Assembly (NCBI GenBank): GCA_910584295.1
Contig: CAJTYR010000004.1
Coordinates: 41,496 to 105,495, forward strand
DNA: 64,000 nt
Direction of reading: 5' to 3'
Source of the DNA: an uncultured Christensenella sp.
GTDB lineage: Bacteria > Bacillota > Clostridia > Christensenellales > UBA1242
Positions 58,901-64,000 of this stretch are shown one piece after another. The notes beneath the pieces were generated by a model, which worked only from the letters and a program-made list of their open reading frames with translations, ran no database searches and was not told the DNA's origin. Within the stretch, counting starts at the first letter, position 1; each line of letters opens with the position of its first letter. The translations under genes and the position numbers were made by a program.

Positions 58901-61222
58901 GTCTTCTTCCAGAGATAACATCTTTTCCAAAACGAGGTGAACAGCATTCTCATCAGACTTGCTGTAATATTGTCCAAAATCAAGAGAGAAATATTTATAA
59001 TATGCAAAAGTTCTCGCACCGCTTGCTTTTTCATCCCATGAAATCGCAATGTTTTGATTTGTAGAAACTCCATCAACTCTTTCAAGCGCGGTGAAGTTTG
59101 TTGAGTTGGTGATTGAAGCAACATTTGTTGCGTTTATATTTTGCACAGGAGTTTTGTCAATGGTGAATTTTTGTTCTCTGAAGAATCCCGTGTTTGAAGT
59201 AATTGAGATGTTTCTTGTGTTCATTTCATTTGTGAAATACATTCTGATTGTGAAATGAGCATTTGCTTCCAAGATTCTTATTTTTGAATCCCCAGTATCT
59301 GGGAGACTGTCAAAATCAATTCCGTTGCTTCCACCAAAAGATGAAAGATAATTTCCTCCAAAGTCCTCTGCATAAACTCGGATTGTGACATCTTTGTTGT
59401 ATGGATCTTCTTTTGTGAGATCAGTAATCCTCACATTTCTGTTTACAAATGTGTCGCTGAAGACTTCTGAAATCTCATCAGATGGATTCAGTTTTTCAGT
59501 TTGAAGAGAAATCGTTGGCAAATCTTTCACAACTTCAAAATAGAACACTTGATAGAAAACTCTTGTTGCATCCAAAGTTGTTTCAGATGAATAGAAGTTG
59601 TTGAAAGTGTAAGCAATTATGTATATGTATGTGCCAGCAGAACTTTCTGTCCTTCCATTGTAAGTTGTCCAATAGAGATCTTTTCCATTGAGTTGGGTGT
59701 TGGCTTTTTTGTATGAGTTTGAAACTTTTGTCGTGGAATAAACATAACTTGCAATTTTTGTGGACAATGTCGCATTAGAATTGATTCGGATTGGTGTTTG
59801 GTTTGTCCTTATTGGTTTTGTAGCTCCAATGAAAGAGGCGATGTTGCTTATGACAAAAGTTGTTCCGCTCTTATCTTCATCTTGAGAGAAGTTGACATTT
59901 GAGTTGACAAATTCGCTTGTGATATCTGCGCTGTTGTTGAAAGTTGCGGAATTATAGTCAAAGTCTTTAAGCTCTGCAGTTGGGCGTGACCCATTTGCAT
60001 CAAGCCCACCGTCAACATTTGTGTAATTTGCTTGATAGCCATAAACATAGACCATAATCTTTTTTGTTATGCCTGTCAAGCCTGTCAGATTGTTTTTGAC
60101 CAAAGAGGTGGAATTGCCATTGACATACTCAACCACTTGAATGTCATTGAAAACAATGCTGTAGTTTCCAACATCTTTGAAGAAGACCTTGCAAGTGTTT
60201 GTCTCTTTGTCGGAGATTGCTACAATGATGTCATCTCCTTCAGTGACGATGTCTTGAGTGTCTTTGTCAAACAAAACCATTTCCCTTTTTGAAATATTTG
60301 AAAGGTCTCTTTCAATAGAAAGTTCGAATCTGGTATAGTCAAATTCTATGTAAGGAATTTTGTTTGAGTCAGAAGGGTTTTCTCCCTCTGATGAATAGTT
60401 GTAATAGAGATAATAAGCAAAGTTTGGATTTGTTGCAGCAGACACAGGCACGATGTGGTCAAATTGATGATGTGAAACATTTGGTCTGTTGTTAAAGATG
60501 TAGGCTTCTCTGTCAGCAACATAGAATGAATATGTTATGTCAACATTTTGATCTGAAAATTTTTCTTCCTCGGTTGTTGTGTTTCCGTCGGTGCAAGTGA
60601 AGAGAGTTATTGTGAGAGTGAGAGTATAAACTCCTTCCTTGAGATTGCCATCGGCATCCATAAGATTGATTTCATTGGCTGCAGTGCCACCAGCTTTAAA
60701 ATTCATTTCAAAGCCTTGAAGTGGGGCGTTGTTGTTTTGGAAACTTTGTCCACCGCAGTCCTTAACAAAATTTTTCTCGTCAAGATTGATGCTTTGTCCA
60801 TTGAAGTAAAGGCTGATTGCTCCAACATTATAGAAATAGAAAAGTTTTGTGTTGTCTTTATCAGGATAATAAACATATTGATAAACTTCATGATTTGCAG
60901 CAGCTGTTGGATTTACCTGTGCTCCGTTCATAGCCAAAGACAAGTCGAGTTCAGTTGTTCTTCCGCCATCTATGTAATATAAGAATGTGTCAGAGGAAAT
61001 CAAACTTGAAGGATTTTCCTCCACATCTTCTCCAGAGCCAAGCATGTCCTTAACAGAAAAATATTGAGGAATGTTGTTTACTATTGGCTGATTGTAAGAA
61101 GTGTCTTCTGCACTTGCAGACGAGTCCTCTTTTTGATTTATCGTAAAAATTCCTGCACCCAAAAAACAGAATGCAAAGAAAATATAGAAGATATTTTTAA
61201 ATAAATTATTTTTCTTTTTCAT
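52916..61222 (-). CDS. giant (2,768 aa) N/T/S/Y-rich exported protein with beta-module signatures, C-terminal TM anchor, no named domain recognised
   Basis: GGAGAG SD 6 nt before the ATG. Signal peptide MKKKNNLFKNIFYIFFAFCFLGAGIF..SASA/ED. D..GN module ends: AGLYVVDVYDEAGNHSVDVYLIDYTTPIF (~58684-58776), YYQVIETDRAGNMSIYTIYIISYE (~56130-56200) and GKYIISFFDTSGNTQKF (~53982-54030). C-terminal ATIIIIVVAVIVALVILFIVI + KLRKRISVK. Confidence 0.88.
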   Translation of the reverse strand: MKKKNNLFKNIFYIFFAFCFLGAGIFTINQKEDSSASAEDTSYNQPIVNNIPQYFSVKDMLGSGEDVEENPSSLISSDTFLYYIDGGRTTELDLSLAMNGAQVNPTAAANHEVYQYVYYPDKDNTKLFYFYNVGAISLYFNGQSINLDEKNFVKDCGGQSFQNNNAPLQGFEMNFKAGGTAANEINLMDADGNLKEGVYTLTLTITLFTCTDGNTTTEEEKFSDQNVDITYSFYVADREAYIFNNRPNVSHHQFDHIVPVSAATNPNFAYYLYYNYSSEGENPSDSNKIPYIEFDYTRFELSIERDLSNISKREMVLFDKDTQDIVTEGDDIIVAISDKETNTCKVFFKDVGNYSIVFNDIQVVEYVNGNSTSLVKNNLTGLTGITKKIMVYVYGYQANYTNVDGGLDANGSRPTAELKDFDYNSATFNNSADITSEFVNSNVNFSQDEDKSGTTFVISNIASFIGATKPIRTNQTPIRINSNATLSTKIASYVYSTTKVSNSYKKANTQLNGKDLYWTTYNGRTESSAGTYIYIIAYTFNNFYSSETTLDATRVFYQVFYFEVVKDLPTISLQTEKLNPSDEISEVFSDTFVNRNVRITDLTKEDPYNKDVTIRVYAEDFGGNYLSSFGGSNGIDFDSLPDTGDSKIRILEANAHFTIRMYFTNEMNTRNISITSNTGFFREQKFTIDKTPVQNINATNVASITNSTNFTALERVDGVSTNQNIAISWDEKASGARTFAYYKYFSLDFGQYYSKSDENAVHLVLEKMLSLEEDASYLPVNAFLNMSTTESLWLKYKGNAKNLVSEGMVSSEYVFTEAGLYVVDVYDEAGNHSVDVYLIDYTTPIFAILEDSYKIVTSSVYISKASTLFWAKYKGIFIENFTSQNAFLDYTPDTISESALSDKMFLSYDNKVSKEIYDALYKKLIGNNYMKQLVCRTDVKDYTGMYLTIPVDSLSYFLDREHDDYTAQRDVYSKSFDMSTELTYSVLIRDASNTKYNAAYNKDSVVQYKNYYSASQTIIISFDSSEFLISYESSDGNNVTLTSNNVEEGTLNGDETKRTKTTYLNPTRLNKEFILSFYPTVMDGDITIQVGSVTINYYPYQRNTKSVPVEWDENNNVTKSTIYHYYELSDSYTTTTIYEYNGDNSSTALREESIRLNSDNFTTAGRYEITRTYYVDEADTSKDYYNKNDFYQRTFILTIDRNEVVSNPELVSDENGNHLESLVGGDAFVSMYDNKQNASLVVTFPNSPEANSTGSSIYNNANPRTILTTNMLPVYVYVPQYKYTTSSQMYKTSTGYDFNVSYDFSEDGKDTMNFFKEKLLVKEYALYAEIYRNESLDKINANGATPYARTAINKSGNLSAVIANENGFLNFYLDNGQKLERLTQAGTYYVKIYQGNFGTGIGEDNFTQALTFCFEVRQTNPNFEAQSTTGDTLNSQVVNSRETYYTNQPIINLTWEAGSEYIADIDIDEITLVTNKRPGSPFKASDDIWAQEPTLSNNMYTASLNLELLKIYENGSYVDITMQYKNHNDDFYKKVTKRIMVDLSAPNTNINNLVSMSTDKGFISALSESSLRVHKTALGNITTNENNTSFNTSNTTGNFAYYSYAVTSDFAETLKRSVDFKTYINKFVNSSGECTKYNNNYEQETSPDNFHASNFTDITDRSFKGFDTDSYYQVIETDRAGNMSIYTIYIISYETSKEDEKNRIISYYDENKVLKSYSISDFNESANEKFPHNIYTRPNSQLQSINYFGDVWAQFKLDTYSRTGIRTTRYLMLTPWDPTHAYAFIGGNAERIEITNLIDTSMSINLKNSFTFFNRESQANDEILFTVNTKMLNPPEVPKDSKTREHIDFEQPTDDALRSNLTPQNYVTGLRITADDVEIFNATNRLGLSTIWKNKSTANVTVSTTSRYLVFELNPALGYAPNTRIIYEYTDNYGKTTSELHLYKETAIPTTISSENDLYAYNNNGQRYYITKDGFEYFYNPGKYVVNVYDVIDGVKQTTCSNANLTKEPNADGIMLLTAKAKDSNVSYNNSFVIEIADFANPNNQLDPIYFTLYNELPKPNSSTDSSAAGENNKPGQFKLLDASRNNVTSTIIADKNLSDTGYFSEITLLYSNKTTFIPVKYSVSTDKKNWNEVASGTVLKNQTSEMLTYYLKVWYDETYLENELSNTAYVFGIVPESQIYEFNLSSLTSTFWVEKTVNNATTVVEKSNTIYTVKDNSGKVTAQYSNHYIVNVNYYTDKDAVQIKTNKEQKIVPTLMQTFENAGIASELWLISNTTSGDLGNIPAFSTSIVISYIPASENFVEEFYTYSNTNGIINNTEDSENLITKTSMMFVVSSEYQNVDKIELRWTKYYGLEQNEISIRLVKDGVSLNPTIYSKIKGGKEYNYINLKHSGKYIISFFDTSGNTQKFNYGNTGQSDTMTFIFLKDVPFTVVSTDPSTVEEVRSMPIKQAVYNNQVTLSIDKSTRSEFYSQGGYPAITIKKNGSTLSDETIEQKNIIQDANSSVNFVFKEAGFYEVFFTATSKDSNIGKIRSEVYQFTVLSANEYKYSYIINKYSNYYIEKVEKDGKDITQALLKSLDVSTIKIGTDVYMTELPLSYLDEKTGAGKYLITINSNDSSFKTSAVPTSWTFEVTIQVGVAPVRISIAEGKKVTKAVTIQFNKTNIFAEMGECTVRVLKYNEKGEFRGTYYTTEITSQTDGETSVTIKGTEDGIFYMQIVSPSGNLLYSYKINKQEPMNPATIIIIVVAVIVALVILFIVIKLRKRISVK

Positions 61223-61543
61223 AATTCACTCTCCATTTCAGAAATATTTTATCACAAAGAAAAAATAATTCAAAATAAATAAGATATTATTATTATAAAT
61301 AATATAATATATTTAATACATCTTTATAAGGCGAAAGAGGACAAAATGGACTTAAAATTGGGGTGGAAATTGATAAAAAATTATTAAAAAATTAATTAAT
61401 AATTATTTTTAATTAAATAAATAATTTAAAAAATAATAAAAAATATTTTTAAAATTAAACAAAAATTGCAAATATTGTTAATTTTTTAATAAAAATTGAT
61501 TATTTCTTTAATTATTTATTTAAATTCTATACATATTATTTTT
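61223..61543. other. extremely AT-rich divergent intergenic region with TTAATTAA-type motifs
   Basis: 321 nt, almost pure A/T apart from a short core (ggcgaaagaggacaaaatggacttaaaattggggtgg). Contains taataattatttttaattaaa, related to 1939-1957 (taataattatttaattaaa). Confidence 0.6.
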
Positions 61544-62113
61544 ATGGTTAATTATATAAAAAATATCTTGCTTTATATCAGTGCTTTTGTGCCAATGTAT
61601 GTTTTGGTGTTTGTCAAACTTATTGTTGAAATCATAAATGACAATCTTCATTTCAATGTTCTCAACACTCTCAACCTTGTCACGCTTTTGCTTTTGATGA
61701 TTTTGGGCGGATTGGGTTTGTGGTGGAATGTATATGCAAAAAATGGAGAGACTTTGCGGGTGCAAATAATTTCAAAAGAGAACACGACAGATCAGCATTT
61801 TTTAGGTTACTTTTCTCTCTTTGTTTTTTTTGCCATTCCTCTTGACTTGTCACTCATGAGTGCATATTGCGTTTATGTTTTAGTCTTGATTATGATTGGT
61901 GTGGTTTACATCAACAATTCCCTCTATTATATCAATCCGTTTCTCAATCTTTTAGGTTACAATTTTTATGATGTGAGATACAAAGTGGATGGAGAAGATG
62001 AAGAAAAAACAACCAAGATGTTTTTCAGGGGAGACTTAAAAGTAGGGAAAGAGAAGGTGAGTGTGAAAGTTAAAAATGAGCATTTTTGTTTTATAGAGAG
62101 GAAGAGAAAATAA
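61544..62113 (+). CDS. hypothetical 4-TM membrane protein with charged C-terminal domain
   Basis: From ATG 61544 (MVNYIKNILLYISAFVPMYVLVFV...). Four hydrophobic segments, then NPFLNLLGYNFYDVRYKVDGEDEEKTTKMFFRGDLKVGKEKVSVKVKNEHF. No family recognised and no clear SD. Confidence 0.6.
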   Translation: MVNYIKNILLYISAFVPMYVLVFVKLIVEIINDNLHFNVLNTLNLVTLLLLMILGGLGLWWNVYAKNGETLRVQIISKENTTDQHFLGYFSLFVFFAIPLDLSLMSAYCVYVLVLIMIGVVYINNSLYYINPFLNLLGYNFYDVRYKVDGEDEEKTTKMFFRGDLKVGKEKVSVKVKNEHFCFIERKRK

Positions 62114-62160
62114 ATCTACTTCCAATTTGTTTTTTTGTTGATGTTAATTTTGGACGATAA

Positions 62161-62182
62161 AAAACAGGCGTATGCCTGTTTT
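62161..62182. terminator. bidirectional terminator
   Basis: AAAACAGGC-gtat-GCCTGTTTT between convergent genes. Confidence 0.85.
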
Positions 62183-62193
62183 ATTTAATTAAG

Positions 62194-62662
62194 TTAAATT
62201 TTGCTCCAAGAAATAGAATATTGATATTCATCAGTCATGTTTATATATGACATTCCGTCGCTCCCATCTTCTACATAGTTTTTCAAATCAACAGCAAAAT
62301 ATCCATTGTAGAAACCTTTGTCTTTTGTGACAATCAAAACTCCACTTTTAAGGCTGTACCAAGTGCCAGTTGTGTCAATATTGAAGTTGTTGTCTCCAGT
62401 GATTGTAAATTTGGCGGTTCCATTTTTGTTTAATACGAGTGAAAGGTTGATATTAATAAGAGTTCCGCTTGTTTCTTCGTGAACATCTTTTGTCATCATA
62501 TTGTTTGTTTGTGTAAGCAGAGTTGAAGCTGATGATGTTTTTGTTTTCGTTGTCAGACTTTTTTACATAAAGCGTTGCAAGCACGGCAACGGCGATTGCA
62601 AGTGCAGCCATAACACCATATATCAACACATTTTTGATAATTTTTGTCACATATTTTCTCAT
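62194..62662 (-). pseudogene. small membrane-anchored protein gene split between two frames (frameshift, slippage or sequencing error)
   Basis: ATG 62662 encodes the signal-anchor MRKYVTKIIKNVLIYGVMAALAIAVAVLATLYVK. The second frame (101-aa ORF 62194-62499) is open upstream to the A6 tract (plus-strand T6 62559-64). Deleting one A would give one ~155-codon ORF. Confidence 0.4.
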
Positions 62663-62891
62663 TATTAAAATTATGAAAACATGTTTATTTTCATAAAAAA
62701 AGTATATCACACTGAAAAAGTTGCTGTCAATCGCAAACAAAACATTCCAAAGCGAAAGGTTGAAAATTGTTAATCAAGAACTTGCAGATGGATTTAAGAG
62801 CTGAGTTTTTTGTTGAATTTTGTTTTTATAATGTATTATTGTATTATGTAAATACTTAATATATAAGATATGAAAATATTAAAATTGGGGG

Positions 62892-62920
62892 TTGACAAAA
62901 GAGGCTTTGTGCTGTATCAT
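62892..62920 (+). promoter_or_regulatory. promoter of the 230-aa orphan gene
   Basis: TTGACA (62892-97), 17 nt, TATCAT (62915-20). AAGGAG SD at 62930-35. Confidence 0.6.
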
Positions 62921-62940
62921 AAGTCGGTGAAGGAGTTTTT

Positions 62941-63633
62941 ATGAGCAAACAAGAAAAGAAGAATTTGGCAGACATTGAAAAAGAAGTTTATAGAGCGTTT
63001 TTGGAAGAGAAAGCTTTAAAGTATTTGATGGCTGTCAAAGTTGCACCACTTTGTGTTGATATGAGAGCAAATGAAGGAATGTTTTTATTTATAAGTGACA
63101 GGGAGCTTTCAACGACTGGAGGCAAAATAAATTTCAGTTGTGATAAGATTTCAAGAAGAGTTGCAAAACAACTTAAATCATTTGATAAGATTTCCGAAGA
63201 ACTTGCCGAATTTCAAGATTATCCTGTCAGCGAAGAAGGACAGCAACAAATCAGAGTTATGATTTCTTCTTTAAAGTCTTATGCAATTAAATATGGTTAT
63301 TGCAAGCAAGCGTGCGATCTTTTGAGACTTTCAGCCAATCCAAACTTAGTTGGAACAGACTTTGCTGGATGCAATGCCAAAGAAGATATTGTAAAAGTTT
63401 TGGGGGCTTATGGAAGAAGAAGCATACTTGAGGGAAAACCACACGAAATAAAAGACGATGTCAACCAATTGATTGCAGATGTTGTTTGTGGATATTATGG
63501 CAGTGTTGCAAGAGAGGGACTTTCACAAAAAGACATGGATGAAGCTTATAACAAATCAACTGTTGTTCGTGGTGATATGGTTTTCAAGATGGATGGAACT
63601 CATGAAAGAATATCCTCAAAGAATAAAGCGTAG
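62941..63633 (+). CDS. hypothetical cytoplasmic protein (230 aa)
   Basis: Strong promoter and SD. No TM or signal peptide. Several Cys residues. No family recognised. Confidence 0.75.
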   Translation: MSKQEKKNLADIEKEVYRAFLEEKALKYLMAVKVAPLCVDMRANEGMFLFISDRELSTTGGKINFSCDKISRRVAKQLKSFDKISEELAEFQDYPVSEEGQQQIRVMISSLKSYAIKYGYCKQACDLLRLSANPNLVGTDFAGCNAKEDIVKVLGAYGRRSILEGKPHEIKDDVNQLIADVVCGYYGSVAREGLSQKDMDEAYNKSTVVRGDMVFKMDGTHERISSKNKA

Positions 63634-63884
63634 GATAGATTATATAAAATAATAAAAGAGAGGGCTGATATGAGTCTTCTTTTTTTGATGTTTTTCTTAA
63701 AAAGAGATTAAATTGCTTATGATTTTGGATAAATTTTTGAAAAATTATAAGATTTTTTCAAACTTTTTTAAGGAATTTTTGGTCAATTTTGGGTCTATTT
63801 TGCGAACACACGGAGAGACGCCCTATGCAACAAAAAAATATTGAAAAATTTTTGAAAAAAAGTAAAATTTTTTTTAAAAAAGTG

Positions 63885-63914
63885 TTGACAAAGATTTTTG
63901 CGTTGTGGTAGAAT
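63885..63914 (+). promoter_or_regulatory. strong promoter with A/T-rich UP-like tract, probably rRNA operon P1
   Basis: aaaattttttttaaaaaagtg upstream, TTGACA (63885-90), 18 nt, TGg-TAGAAT (63906-14). A boxA-like element lies downstream. Confidence 0.6.
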
Positions 63915-63971
63915 GTGCATGTTGACACCGCAAGAGGGGGTCGGACGAAAATAGTTCGATTGTCAACAAAA

Positions 63972-63985
63972 GTTCTTTGACAACT
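63972..63985 (+). promoter_or_regulatory. boxA-like antitermination element of an rrn leader
   Basis: GTTCTTTGACAACT resembles the rrn boxA consensus (E. coli GCTCTTTAACAA, B. subtilis-type GTTCTTTGAAAACT, from memory). Sits about 55 nt downstream of the predicted start site. The window ends before any 16S sequence. Confidence 0.5.
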
Positions 63986-64000
63986 ACATATTTTGAAGAT

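Noticed and set aside
61345-61386. 13-codon micro-ORF (MDLKLGWKLIKNY) with an AGAGGA 5 nt upstream, in the only GC-containing core of the AT-rich divergent region.
   Set aside because: It is too short to support from sequence alone. It may be a leader peptide but there is no attenuator structure nearby. Kept only as a note.
63825-63911. 28-codon ORF (MQQKNIEKFLKKSKIFFKKVLTKIFALW) with a GGAGAG upstream.
   Set aside because: It is translated from the A/T-tract UP region and runs across the -35/-10 of the rrn-like promoter, so it is most likely fortuitous.
63977-63982. Second TTGACA read at first as a tandem rrn P2 -35 box.
   Set aside because: It is embedded in GTTCTTTGACAACT, which fits boxA better. 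Any -10 would fall outside the window.
1-64000. Scan for CRISPR arrays, tRNA or rRNA genes, transposases, integrases, phage genes and known defence-system enzymes.
   Set aside because: I found no spaced direct-repeat array, no tRNA-like GC-rich cloverleaf sequence in any intergenic gap, and no recombinase, nuclease, cyclase or ATPase signatures outside the housekeeping genes listed.

Overview
Low-GC (roughly mid-30s % by eye) chromosomal segment read with the standard genetic code. Gene content and local synteny look Bacillota/Clostridia-like: gltX, trpS, uppP, a Ca-type P-type ATPase, holB-ricT-methyltransferase, spmAB, degV/tetR, tatD-rsmA, rplI, a SpoVB/MurJ-type flippase, hup, dus, pgk-tpiA, dnaX-ybaB-recR, argS and rpmG-secE-nusG-rplK-rplA. 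The window ends in what looks like an rRNA-operon promoter and leader. The dominant feature is three giant ORFs of 6,090, 1,454 and 2,768 codons. Together they cover 30,945 nt, about 48% of the window, and sit between core housekeeping genes. All three have an N-terminal signal peptide, a huge repetitive exported region, one C-terminal TM helix and a short basic tail, and none has an LPXTG sortase signal. The 1,454/2,768 pair occupies the slot after rplA where rplJ-rplL-rpoBC normally follow. Other observations: (1) dnaX stops right after an A9 tract, and the -1 frame runs straight into a downstream 104-codon ORF that looks like the missing tau C-terminal domain. (2) At least four genes (holB, tatD, dus, a 451-aa orphan) have a full -35/-10 promoter placed exactly 6 nt before the ATG with no Shine-Dalgarno, suggesting leaderless mRNAs. 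(3) Two unlinked orphan genes share a 27/28-identical promoter-upstream element. (4) There is an orphan HicB-like gene with no HicA. (5) A small membrane-anchored gene is split between two frames. (6) Extremely AT-rich intergenic blocks share TTAATTAA-type motifs. I found no CRISPR array, tRNA, rRNA body, transposase or integrase. Domain names come from motif signatures I recognise by eye, not from searches. Coordinates of hairpins and promoters were counted by hand.
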